Below are positions 52,322 to 64,000 of a DNA stretch of 64,000 bases, piece by piece. Origin of the DNA: Phoronis australis. Lineage: Eukaryota > Animalia > Phoronida. The notes under the pieces are model-generated. The model did not search any database. It saw only the letters and a program-made list of their open reading frames with translations, and had not been told where the DNA came from. Made by a program: the position numbers and the translations under genes. The DNA lies in NCBI GenBank assembly GCA_002633005.1, contig NMRA01000369.1, positions 271,885 to 335,884 on the forward strand, written 5' to 3'. How positions within the stretch are numbered: position 1 is the first letter of the stretch; every line of letters starts with the position of its first letter.

Positions 52322-52511
52322 CTTTGGATTTTATTCTTTGTTCTGCGGCTCTGCAAGCAGCGTCAATTTTTTTCACCACAGTTAACTGTTCCATAGCTTT
52401 CCTGAACACAGAAAACGCTTGGTCACTCTTGCAACAGAGGATTTCCAAAAGTTTTTCTATTTCTCCATTTTGCTCCAATTCAACTCGCTCGTCTTCCTCA
52501 ATAACGTATTC
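52322..52511 (-). CDS. Probable CARD/death-fold exon of the Apaf-1-like gene
   Basis: ttttttgttctag acceptor, gtttgc donor, 190 nt, open: EYVIEEDERVELEQNGEIEKLLEILCCKSDQAFSVFRKAMEQLTVVKKIDAACRAAEQRIKSK. This fits the pattern of CARD helices 3-6 (VI...E...LL.IL..K...AF..F..AL). Its phase-1 end matches the phase-1 acceptor of the NB-ARC exon. Confidence 0.6.
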
Positions 52512-54646
52512 CTAGAACAAAAAAGCATAAAAAGAGCTGTTTCAGATTCATAATGCGCATGCCCACAGGCAGAAAAAACTCGGCGTGCGACAGCACGAGA
52601 CAACTACGGTAGCTGAGAAAGGACATGATTCGTTTTTTAATTATCTTGTGATCGAGCTCCCAACTTGGTTGTCTCGAGATAATTAAAAAAGAAACGCGCG
52701 ATTTATTTCCCAGCCATCGTAGACAACATAGCATGAGTGAAGAGGCATTGATTATAGGTACTTTGCTTCTTTGTATTCAGGCAAAAACGCCTGCTTGCAT
52801 GGCGAAATATCTGTAAAATTCGCCCAAACTACCGAATTTTCTGCAGATAATAAGCCCATGGGCGTTTTTTGGAAGATGAAAATTTTCAGGCGATTTTGAT
52901 GCACCAAATAAACGCCCGGGCATTTATTCGTAAAGGGGGGGGGGCGTGTAAACGGAAAGTCATAGTTTTGGCTACACAAATCCCAGCATGGACTGAATAC
53001 AGGTAGGCCTAATTAAAAGGTTTCCTGACTTTGACATTTTTACTTAAAAACTGTGTTTTTAAATCTTATGTTAATAAATGTAGAGTTCGCCAACACTTTG
53101 TTCGTTTTTATAAATGATAAATGCTCCACAAAACTGACTTTGTGACTGAAAGGACAATTGTGCTGAAAATCCCATTGTGATGAAAGAAGATTTTCAGAAT
53201 AAACGTCCCACTGTCTGTCGCTTCCCAAATTACTTTCATTTGATAAGATCAATATTTTAATGTACGGTGCCGTATTATACCATATTTCTTGATAGCGTAA
53301 TTTGCCGCTTCCTATCATCCCGACGTTTGCAATTCAGCTAATATAGATCCTACTAGTAAGTTCAAATTATCTCTTTTATGCATCTCTCTATTGACGCGCT
53401 TTCTCAGTGACGTCTATCTCGTGACTCACTCATTATTAGATGCTTCTGTGTCTTAATATTTTTTGGCTCAAACTTTTCCGTGTTGCCCGAATCTGCGAGA
53501 AAATAGCCCCCCCCCCCTTTCCACCTAATACGCTTATGATTGAACAAGCAAATGTGAGAATCTGAAAACGCAAGCGCATGATAGCCACACGAAAGTATTA
53601 AGTGTCAAATAGCAGTTTTCTCGCGCAGTTTCAGCATGAACTATTTGCGCAGACTCCCAACAGCATTGCAACATAAATGTCCGTTGTACACGCAACGTAC
53701 GACCGTGTATGCAAACATAAAGCACATGCACTGTCGTATATAGGACGCCTGTATAGCCCCTGAAAACGATATGCCGACGGCGTAAACAGAGGAGGCTTTC
53801 CTTAGTTCCCTAAGTCCGCCAATTCAGTATGATTCCATGCGAAATTGTTCGACAATGAGCATATTTACACGCAGTTTTGTGTCTCCAAACAATCGTGAGC
53901 CGTCACAATCATTTGCAGGCAAATTGGGCAGACTTTCCTTTCATAGTCTGTTTCATTAGTTCTTCATTTTTAAAAATACGTAATTAAAATTTCCCAAAAT
54001 TACTAGCAGTATTTCACGTCTAAAGCTGTGAAGACAAAATTTCATTTCCAAGCCCTGTCCCATTTACCCAGTTTATCATCTTCACGCATGGTCTCGTCCC
54101 CAGCGCCACTGGACTGCGCAATTACGTCACCAGTGCTGGTAGCCCGTTCATTGGTGCTTTGCAAATTGTTCATTATCTGGTCTGCATCGGTTGTTTGTTC
54201 ACCAACAGATTTTACGATGAAGTCCTGCACCTGATTGTCGTATGGTGTTGCATTTGGTGTCCCAGGTATCTCTACTGTTCGTGGTCGATATTCAAGTACA
54301 GCTGTATAATGTTGCTAGCCAACCACAGATCATTGGAGGAGCGGGTTACTTACGGGTTGACAATCATTTGCCACAACCGGTGATACGTAATGTATCATAC
54401 GGTTAGCTATACAATATGTTCTAGAGTGTTTTACTCCATCATCTTAGGTCATGCATCCAGCTTATTAGTGGGTTATCTGCAAAGGAATGATGTCTGAATA
54501 AGTGGTGAACAGCCTGAGGAGAGAGGGGGAAGCTGGAGGGAGGGACAAGAAGCGAGGGAGAAGGAGGTAGGGAAAGGCGTGTCCGAAGGAAGGTGGCTGG
54601 AAGAGAGGGAGGGAGTGAGGAAGGGTGGGAGGGAGGGATCCTAGGA

Positions 54647-54800
54647 NNNNNNNNNNNNNNNNNNNNNNNNNNNNNNNNNNNNNNNNNNNNNNNNNNNNNN
54701 NNNNNNNNNNNNNNNNNNNNNNNNNNNNNNNNNNNNNNNNNNNNNNNNNNNNNNNNNNNNNNNNNNNNNNNNNNNNNNNNNNNNNNNNNNNNNNNNNNNN
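54647..54800. other. Assembly gap, preceded by a purine-rich low-complexity tract
   Basis: Run of N; GGAG/GGAA-rich sequence at about 54515-54646. Confidence 0.99.
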
Positions 54801-55929
54801 ACTGGGCAATTGGTTTTGAAGTCCGATCAACTGTTGACCCTCTTTGAATAAACTATTACCAAAACGTTCCTCCAAGATCAATAATACAATGAAGAAAGTA
54901 TCACTCCACACACTCGTTTCAACTTACCAATTTTAAAAGGCTCTTTCTACAGATTATCTTGATTTGGTAATTTGGCTGTCTGGAGAAAAAATTCATGGAT
55001 TTTGTTAGAACAGACAAAAGTTGAAAAGACATCTGGTCACGGTGGCGTAACTTTTGAATTTTCATTAAGGTTTTTTGAGTATAATAAAACATCAATTGGG
55101 TGTACAAATAATGTCCCCATAATTAGCTACTTGTTGCATAAGAGTCAAATCCAAATACTAAGAAGCATTAGATTTTTTGTCCTTGGATGATCGGAGACCA
55201 ACGCTTTCAAATACGATACATGTATTAGTGATCAGATTCATCCATACCAAAAACCTTTGTCAAAATGGCTTTTGGCCTCAGTATTTGTCACATTGAATGG
55301 TACGAGGAGAAATAATACTTTAGTCAAGAAAGCGTGCAGCACTTTAAGTAGTATAGTCTAAACTTTTCAGAAGTTAGTTGATGGATGCACGGGTGTCAAT
55401 ATTCTGATGCTGTGTATTGGCAACGCTGAAGATAAAGCCATAGGATGTTCGCTTGTACGTAACGAACGCAGTTTTTTTTTCAAATTTATTTGTTACATCT
55501 AGTCGAAGGAGAAAGTTTTCCCGGCAACCAGCATTCTCGAATGTTGACAACTATGCAACGGGTGTTCCAAATAACATTGTGTCTTTTTAACATAACTATA
55601 GTAAAATGTGTTTCAGTGTATTTTATTTACCGTAACACACGGTATATATACATATATCAGTATCAATAATTTTTACTTATTGAAGAAATGCGATCCTGTA
55701 CGTGCAAAATCCAAAACTGCAACCAATGTAATGAGCTATCCAAAGTATAATTCAAAACTACATAACAGGTGTTAGCCCATTTTATCTATCAGAAAATGTA
55801 ACCCTTATCTGCAAATTTTGAATAGTTAGTAGGAATAATTAGATTATCACATTTTTAACCTTCATTGTATCTTGAATTTTTAACAAACGTCCAATTTATA
55901 TATAAAGATGTAAAATTGTATCATTTTAG

Positions 55930-56900
55930 ATGAATGCCTGACTGAATTGCTCACAACCAACTCTCATCCTCTGTACCTGGACTTGAGAGAGCATAGTGAT
56001 GAGCACACTGCACAGAGGCTGAAAACTGTTCAATCATGGGTTATCGGAGCTAGGGAGCTTGCCGAAGAGGTATGCCCAGTGGAGAACATCAACAGCACAA
56101 AGTGGTCCAAAGCCACAAACTATGTCATCAACACCATGGAGATTGGAGGCCGTCATTGGCGGAAAAGAGCTGACTGTATCAACCAAGCAACTGTATCGGA
56201 ATGGCTTGAAGAACAATCTCCCACAATCATTGTTGGAACGGACGGCTCACTAAGAGATGACACTACGGCTTGGGCAGCAGTTGCTTGGACTCGCGAGGGT
56301 CAACGCCTCTTCGAATGGTCAACAGTACGGGTTGAAAAATCCTCGTCTTTTAGAGCTGAATGTGAAGCATATGAAGACGCCCTAGCCTGGCTCTCACAGA
56401 ACACAACACCTGCATACAGATCATTTCTACTTACAGACTCCCTCAGCCTCATTAGCAGGTTAAAAACTGATCATGTGAAAGATTCCTGGACCCCTCTGTT
56501 CAGCTCTATTAATGGTCTATTCACCAGTGTTTATATACCAGGACACTGTGGCATCTCATTCAACGCCAAGGCAGATGAGCTTGCAGGCATTGCAGAACAG
56601 ATTGCCGACCTGCTCCTCACACCAGCAGATGTAATCTCCAGAGTGCGTGAATCGCTTACAGATGCCGAGATTGTACAACAGCAGGAGAAATGGGCAACAA
56701 AGCGCCTCATAGAGCGAGGGTGGCAATACGGAGATGCAGCAAAAACTCGTATTAGGGGAAAGATCGAAGACTCTGTAACCAGCACGAACTTGGTTGCATC
56801 TCCAAATTTACATTGCATGCGATACCGGAAGGAGGAGGGCCAGAGACTATCCCGGTGCCTACCCTCTGACGTCACCACAGAAACAGAAACAGAATTGTGA
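55930..56900 (+). mobile_element. 5'-truncated non-LTR retrotransposon fragment encoding RNase HI (I/Ingi-like clade)
   Basis: Motifs VGTDGS, SSFRAECEA, LTDSLS, YIPGHCGISFNAKADELA give the full D-E-D-H-D set; no RT upstream; short (CAGAAA)n-like 3' tail; GC-richer than the AT-rich flanks. Confidence 0.8.
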
Positions 56901-59900
56901 GACATTCATGTTATAAAATCCTTGCCTTCATCCGGTTACAATGTTTTGAATCATTGAAACTATTTCCCAATTGGTTTAGTTGGTAATATATATCGTATAC
57001 TGCTGATTCATTTCCTTTTGTATGATACTGTAATACCCTAACTTAATCGACATGACAAGTTGATTGATTTTCTAATTAATTAATTAACCAGCCAATTATT
57101 ACATAAAGTGTTTCAATATTACACTCTCCGTTATTTTTCGCATTTTTGGTAACACTCTTGGTTTTTAGAGCGACAAAATTAACCTGCCGTGTATGCAAAA
57201 TAATTAATATTTATGAAGTAAATTTCTACCTGATTCTTCACCTGGTGTAGTAATACACCACCAGGAGCTCATGACGGTCTGTCTAATGACGTGACTTGTG
57301 CAACTCGGTTGAAAAGTGGCGCCATCGGGCGCAATAAAGTTGTCTCTCTGGATTGTTGTCTTGGATAATACGCACTGAATTCAGAATCTAATACTACTAC
57401 AATGTAAAGCAGCCAATCAAAAGAGCAATTTTAATGATACGAGCTTTAGCATATTGCGAAAATGCGGATCCGGAGATCGCTGTGGATTTATGTATTTGGT
57501 TACACTGAAATGTGGTTAGCCGTTCAGACCAATCACTGATGGCGCGATGTCCTTCACTGTAGCAGATGAAATCACGCCGCCACCCCCAAAAATCGAATCA
57601 AGAAAGGACAGACATTGCACCATAGGTCCAAAAAAAAATGGCTCACACACCTACGGGTCAATTGACTCATCAGTCGCGTTCTTCTAAAGTGATACTTGCT
57701 GACTTGAAGCAGAACGAAGTGAGAATGGTTTGATCTTATAGCCAGACAAAATGACAGGACATGCGTGCACAAGTAAATAGCGACTGGAAGTAAGTTTGTA
57801 ACTACTGAGATACAGTTGCACTGTTTTTCTCCACCAGAGGTACAAAAACGCTCGTTATGCTACTTGTGATTGAAAGTTATTGCAAAATATAACTCAACGA
57901 AGATCGCTACAAATCTCCAAAAATGTCCATGATGGCTGATTGCTCTCGAGAGCGCCTACAATGTGTCGAGGTATTGGTTGTGTGGATCGTCCTATCGTAA
58001 AACAACAAAGTTTAGAAAATAAGAAAGTTAACCGGCTTTGCGTGAAAAACAATTTTTGTATAAAATAGAGGTCTCAGCAATTAGTTGTAGTATGGTACAG
58101 TGAATGCACCACGGCAGGTGAACACACCATGCAACGGTAGCAAGTGCACAATGTAGGCCTACCTAAAGGCTCAGTCTTGGGCCTTTGTTACATGTTTGTA
58201 TAGTTAATCCGCCACTGCTTCCATCATCTTTATTTTCTGAACACCCATCAATTCGTTGAAGCTCGTTGAAATCGAAACAAGAAATAGGCTTTTGTACAAA
58301 CTTTTACCAGTAGGAAATGCCTACAGTACCAACTCGTAAAATGGTCTAACTCGTTACGGATTTCACCACAAGAGCTATGCTTACATAACGCATGTAACCG
58401 CTGCCACTATATGTGAACGAATTCTTCCAAGTCTCTTGGTCTAAACTTACACCGTGTCCTTGTAAACGTCGTACTGGACAAGAGTTCCGCCTGTACACTG
58501 TGTGTAAAAAACCCATACAACTTGCCACAATGAAGTCTATACATTACTACATTACCTTAACAATCCATCCATATGCTGAGAACAATGTAATTGCCCGTGC
58601 ACTCTTTTTTGTTACTCGCGCTTTAATAATGTTCCAGTATTCCAATTGTTGGCCTACTTGTTGTGCTGTAGAGCTGTGCCAGGTTACTGCGGCGTCCAAG
58701 CCAATGGACGTTTTGCCAGGTCCACCCACTTTCGCCGCTCCTTCTCCCCCACCAGTTACCAATACCCAGTCGTCACAAAGTTGTAATCCACCCCCCCCCC
58801 CCACCTATGTTTCCCCTCAACTTTCTCGCTTCATATACGGGCTCCCATTTAATTGACTCGGAAACAGTTGTTCACGGTAGCTTACCGGCGGATGAAGGAA
58901 TTAACTGACGCTTAGTTCAATGCGCCGCTGTAGTTGTTCTAATTAGCACGTCCGTTTATAACCGTTAACTTTGCAGATGTCATTGGAGAATTAGTGTAGA
59001 CTAATTGAGAGAGTTGGCCGTTTGGAGTTGATCGCCACTTCAGACAGTCCCAGTATTTTGTAATTCGCGGAAACACAACAGCCTGAGTAACGTTTTAGTG
59101 TATGTAAGAAAAAAACGAGGTGAAAAAGCCAAGCGCATACCAGGTATAGCTCATTGACAGAACCTAATACTGACTTGTTGATTCCCATTGTGACGTCATC
59201 TAGGTGTCTCAATAGTCAGATGAAAACAACAACATGATACAGAGATGTATAATATAAAAATAAATAATCTCAAGGCACAATGTGGCACGTACATAGCAGA
59301 ATGCTGAAATGTGTAATGGACAAACGTTCTCGCTTCAAAATAGCTATCTTCATACAAAAAGCACCATTTGACTTTGCCAACGTGAGTTACCCCGGCAGCG
59401 GAGTTGACAAAACAGTTTAATCAAAAAGCACTGTAAAGAACACGCTTCTCTAACAATAACTTACAAAATAACACCAAAAATAAAAAATTCAGTACCCTGG
59501 AAGATCGTATGAGTATAACAAATTGGCACAGTCAGTGGCTGCACTTGTGTTACTTCGACGGTTTCGCCGGGTCAATCGGCTAAGACACCCTGAAGACGAC
59601 TTTCGGATTACAGACCAATCAAATGTCTTAGCCGGTTTAACTGGAGGAACAAGCGAAGTCCATCAAGTGCAGTCAATATACGTGTAAGTTAAGTCACAAC
59701 CGAACATTGTACCGTATGGCCACACTAGGCCCGTACAGCAAAGGAATGTAAGATGACAACGATAAAACAAAATTAAAACAAGCCATAGGGGCTACATGCA
59801 CATCGTTCTTCCTATCACGTGAATACTGATGTAAAACTTTTATGACATTCAGTTCAACATACGCTACGCTTAATCACACAAGTATACGATGACGACACGT

Positions 59901-61124
59901 CAACGCCATGGCAGCTTCGTCTTGTTTCCTAACCTATCAAAACTCGTCCGTAACCTTTTTGCATCTTTCGAAACAAAACCGGAACGCCAGATGTGCGTTG
60001 GGAAAATCATAAACACAAAGTGGCCGAAAATAGCATACTTAGATGCACCCCACTCATTTTGACTCCTGTACTGCCTCACTGTTTAAAGACTCTAAGAAAT
60101 GAAAAAGAAGGGTCCAGACTTATTTCAGTTGCCATCACACAACTTTTTCTTTTTGAAAATATGGTCAAGCAAAAAATATCGCCGCTTCAATTTCCCAAAT
60201 AACAGACCAGAACCAATTATGCTATTTTTAGCCTACTAGTATTGTAATTTAAGTATAAATAAAAATTCCCCTCCCGCGACCGAAAGGTTATTGCGGGTAG
60301 GCCTACATTTTATTTGCAATCTGACAGCGAAACCCTGAGAACAGACTGAAATAATTTTCAAAAAAGCACGCACCAAGTCCAGTCGAAACGTTTGATCATT
60401 CAAACACTGCATCACGGTACTGTATTGTATGTCCGGGTACGGTAAGAGGAAACAAAAATATCTGGATATCTCACACGAAAACAACCGTGAACATTTTAAC
60501 TCTTGGCACAAAGTAGTATTCTATCAACCTCAATTAGCAACGACAAGGCGTACGACCTTCAATAAAACGGGACCCTATTTTGGTCCGGATGCATTCGGCC
60601 GGAGCAACTAATTTCAACATCAGCCGAGCAGTATACAATTGCAGGTGGACTGTTTTGAGATAGGTAAAAAGAGTATCCTTAACCTACATTACTTCCTGAC
60701 TAATTCCCTGTCTGAACTGTAGATGTGTTGGTTTAGTTTAACTGAGGCCAAAACAAAGTAAAATTGGTTCTGCTCTTTACTCCGACTCACTTTTAGACCT
60801 GCGCTCATCGAACTAAAGACAAAAACGTCCACCCGCACAACTCAAGGTCAAGGTTTCGTGTTTTTTTTTTTTGCTTTTTTTAAAAAGCTACACAAATACA
60901 AGTAAACAAGGGTAATTAAGGTTTGAAATGTCAAGCGATGAGCAAAAAATTTAAAAACACCTGCCGCATAATTTTTGTTCGCCAGATGTGAATTTTCTTT
61001 TTTCGGGGAAGTGAGTAACCATCGCACCACCGACTCGATTTACAGAAAACAGTTATGCTTTTTGGCCTTACAGAGCGTTTAAGAATCGACATCACTTGCA
61101 GTTACTTGAGGCTAGTGATCAGAT

Positions 61125-64000
61125 TTAATTTGTTAACTGTAAGGCGCACAACTGGCCGTTGGTAAGACCTACCATAAGCTGTTTGGGCTTAAATTCACAG
61201 ATAGACAATACCGAATGATCAAAGGCGAATGAAGCTATACGCCTGGGTTGATGAGTGTTACTTATGTCCCATATCTGTAAGATTTTATCGTAGGAACCAA
61301 TAGCCACAAAGCCACAACTCATGGTGCAAGCCGAAAGAATAGCTCGTTTTAACCCACCATCAAGAGTGCACAGAGATTCGCCGGTAGAGACGTCCCACAA
61401 ATCTGCATTACAGTGAGTGGCGTATGTGAGAATGATTTTTGAGTTGACTATGTGAGAAACAGGCCCGAATTCTCTTTGCATGTTGTACGCAATGCATTTG
61501 GATTCCCCAGTCTCAATGCTTATTTCAGCATAATACTCACGTCCAAATGCACACATAATTGTACCAGCGTCGGTAAAGAACATGCTTTTTAAGTGAAAGA
61601 GGTCATTGGTACACAGAGTTTTGATAATTTTGCCACTTTCCACATCACGTATCTCAATAACGTTCTCGAAACCACCCACTGCGTACACTGCAGAACTGCG
61701 ATACGAACCAAGAGCAAGACAAAGCGCCCCATACTTCAGCCAACGAATGGCATCAACCCTCTCAAGGTTACCAGTGACTAAATTCCAGAAGCACACAGAT
61801 CTGTCCATGGAACAAGTCAACAATCTTTCGCCGCCACACAAATACAGAACACTTGTGACTTTACCAGTCTGTTCTTTCAATGAGAATATACGACTGGTTC
61901 CCTTGATATCCCAGACTTCGACTTCAGCTTCAGCTGAGGAAACCGCGACAAGACATTTGTCATTTATTTCGCACAAGTCTATGCTCTCAACGGAACCGTT
62001 CAGTGTTAAGAGCTTTTTATGTGGAGATGAACTCAAGAGGTCAGAGGAAACTGTCCAAGCCCACACGACACCGTCAGCACAACCAGCTACAAAATATCTC
62101 CCCGACGGAGACACTTTGATGGCCTTTACCATACTGCCAGTACAAAACGACAACTCAACAGACTTTGAAGGTTGTACCCTTCCATTTATGCACGCGACGT
62201 AGCCATGAAGAGAGCCTGTCCATATGATGGAATCCGTACTTCCTGCATAGACCGCTGTAACTACATCGCCAGGCGTCCTATGGGGAGAATACAGGCGTCC
62301 TTCAATGTCTTGGGCAACGTAAAGTAACCTAATTTTATTAAAATCAGTAAGGTTAGAGACAAATCCACCAACTTCTTTTGCCGGTGAGCAACAATACGGA
62401 ACCTTTGATGTCATAACCTGAGTGGTCGACATTACGCAAGTGAGATTATTTTCGTGACTGCTTTTTACTTCCAAATCCCAAGAAACTACTGCGCCGTCAA
62501 AAGCAGCCATGAGTTTTGAGCACTCTACTTTCAAATGCCTCACATTAGAATGCTGATGACAGTCAAGCTTAAAGAGAACAGAGAACTGTTCCATATCGTG
62601 GGCAACAATGAAATTGCCATATGAACCACTGAACATGAACTGCCCGTCATTGTAGGTGCACAGAGCCGTAATACCAAACCTATGGGAATCTTTGAATACA
62701 TGCACTGGTTCCTTGTTTAATGATGTCAGATCCCAGACACAAATATTACGGTCTTCACTGCCTGACAGAGCAACTAGCTCATATTTCGGATTGCTGGACA
62801 CAACAACTACATTAACCTTATCACTGTGTCGAGCTAGCGTTTCCAATAATTCCATGCTAGGCCACTCCCAGACTTTTACAGTTTTATCTCTACTTGCTGA
62901 AATGATACGATTGCCCTGAGGTGAAGTAGCCACGGCGGTAACGTCCAAATCATGCATCATTTTCTCGTTATCGGCAGGCCTAATGCCATCACGTGGGTTG
63001 GACTTCCATAAAATAGCCATTTGTCCCTGACCACCAGTAACAGCAAGCTTATTGTCATCACTTACACACAAAGCCCTAACAGCTTGACCATGGCCACGGA
63101 ATGCTCGTTCCAGAGTGCCCTCCTTCAAATTCCAAAGACGAGCAGTTTTATCATGACCTCCAGACAAAATAAACTGACAATCAGCAGTTATGAAACATTT
63201 CAGCAAGTCCAACACATGACCTGTGCAAGTAGCGCACAAATCGCCAGAAAAATTCCACACCTTCACAAAGCAGTCTTGTCGTCCTCCAGTTACAATTGTT
63301 TGATTGTCGGAAGACACACACACAGTGTTTACGCCGCCTTTGTGACCCTCCCAAGATTGTTGAGGTTGTCTGATGTCGAGTTCATAGTCCCACATCTTTA
63401 TTAGTCCATCCGTCTCCCCACCAACAGAAACAATGATGCACTTTCCATCTCTGTCAGCAGCCGCCACTTCCCGCACACCATGAATATGAGCTGGACTAAT
63501 GGTAGCTACACATGGATTACTGCAAGGAGGAGAACGCAAACTCCATACACGAATTGACTGATCAACACTCCCAGAAACAATAATGCCCCTTTTAGGATTG
63601 GTTGACACAGTTAACACTCCACTGCTGTGTCCACAGAAGCGCCTGAAATAAAAGGTTGAGCTGCCCTTAAGCGGCCACAAACAAAGTGTAGAATCCAGTG
63701 AGCCAGTGACAATGTATCCGACTTGTTCTTCAACAACCATGCAGGTTACTGTTCCAGTGTGCCTCTCGTCACCTGTTCCCATAATTTTTACATGGCCAGT
63801 TTTCAACTCAAAACGTCTAAGCTGGTGGTCACCAGAACCAGTGTACAAATATTTATTGTCTTTGGAAAAAGAAGCGCATGTCACAGCAGAAAAATGGCGA
63901 AAACTCTGTATACGATAGCCTCCAGGTGAGGTGAAATAGTGCTCATCAGATAATAACATTGGTGGCTTGTTGTCAATGTATTTTCTGATGCCTTCCAAAA
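61125..64000 (-). CDS. Tandem paralogue of the Apaf-1-like NB-ARC/WD40 gene (WD40 region only; 5' part beyond the window)
   Basis: Uninterrupted ~957-codon ORF, colinear with 43561-46440 (PGGYRIQ.FRH, LYTGS.D.QLR.F.LK.GHV, GHGQAV.ALCVSDDNKLA.TGG, IWTGSL.G, YAVGGFE.VIE, GE.LCTLD.G, GL.NGQ.C.L). Confidence 0.88.
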   Translation of the reverse strand, partial: LEGIRKYIDNKPPMLLSDEHYFTSPGGYRIQSFRHFSAVTCASFSKDNKYLYTGSGDHQLRRFELKTGHVKIMGTGDERHTGTVTCMVVEEQVGYIVTGSLDSTLCLWPLKGSSTFYFRRFCGHSSGVLTVSTNPKRGIIVSGSVDQSIRVWSLRSPPCSNPCVATISPAHIHGVREVAAADRDGKCIIVSVGGETDGLIKMWDYELDIRQPQQSWEGHKGGVNTVCVSSDNQTIVTGGRQDCFVKVWNFSGDLCATCTGHVLDLLKCFITADCQFILSGGHDKTARLWNLKEGTLERAFRGHGQAVRALCVSDDNKLAVTGGQGQMAILWKSNPRDGIRPADNEKMMHDLDVTAVATSPQGNRIISASRDKTVKVWEWPSMELLETLARHSDKVNVVVVSSNPKYELVALSGSEDRNICVWDLTSLNKEPVHVFKDSHRFGITALCTYNDGQFMFSGSYGNFIVAHDMEQFSVLFKLDCHQHSNVRHLKVECSKLMAAFDGAVVSWDLEVKSSHENNLTCVMSTTQVMTSKVPYCCSPAKEVGGFVSNLTDFNKIRLLYVAQDIEGRLYSPHRTPGDVVTAVYAGSTDSIIWTGSLHGYVACINGRVQPSKSVELSFCTGSMVKAIKVSPSGRYFVAGCADGVVWAWTVSSDLLSSSPHKKLLTLNGSVESIDLCEINDKCLVAVSSAEAEVEVWDIKGTSRIFSLKEQTGKVTSVLYLCGGERLLTCSMDRSVCFWNLVTGNLERVDAIRWLKYGALCLALGSYRSSAVYAVGGFENVIEIRDVESGKIIKTLCTNDLFHLKSMFFTDAGTIMCAFGREYYAEISIETGESKCIAYNMQREFGPVSHIVNSKIILTYATHCNADLWDVSTGESLCTLDGGLKRAILSACTMSCGFVAIGSYDKILQIWDISNTHQPRRIASFAFDHSVLSICEFKPKQLMVGLTNGQLCALQLTN

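Noticed and set aside
57230-57390. Possible additional minus-strand exon of the NB-ARC gene
   Set aside because: Plausible splice sites, but it contains a TGA in the apparent frame and has no recognisable homology.

Overview
Intron-rich, AT-rich genomic DNA from a eukaryote, most likely an invertebrate animal; the assembly has single Ns at 19253, 30494 and 43150 and a gap at 54647-54800. Left half: a 5'-incomplete CPT1-like carnitine acyltransferase gene (+, 1068-17630). Its catalytic-histidine exon occurs in two diverged versions (9993-10077 and 12083-12176) whose splice phases make them mutually exclusive. It converges on a complete VAMP4 gene (-, 21707-26272). Right half: a co-oriented (-) putative defence cluster. 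It holds an SE-cephalotoxin-like secreted protein gene (signal peptide, coiled coil, EGF, TSP1, LDLa, three-fold Cys-rich C-terminal repeat), an Apaf-1-like gene (probable CARD exon plus one ~4.4-kb NB-ARC/~21-WD40 exon) and the 3' part of a tandem paralogue running off the window. The first two cluster genes each carry a single in-frame TAA in an otherwise intact frame. Mobile DNA includes a decayed Academ transposon with intact termini and TSD, a LINE RNase H fragment, a LINE 3' end and several MITEs. All exon models and family calls were made by eye; no database searches were run.
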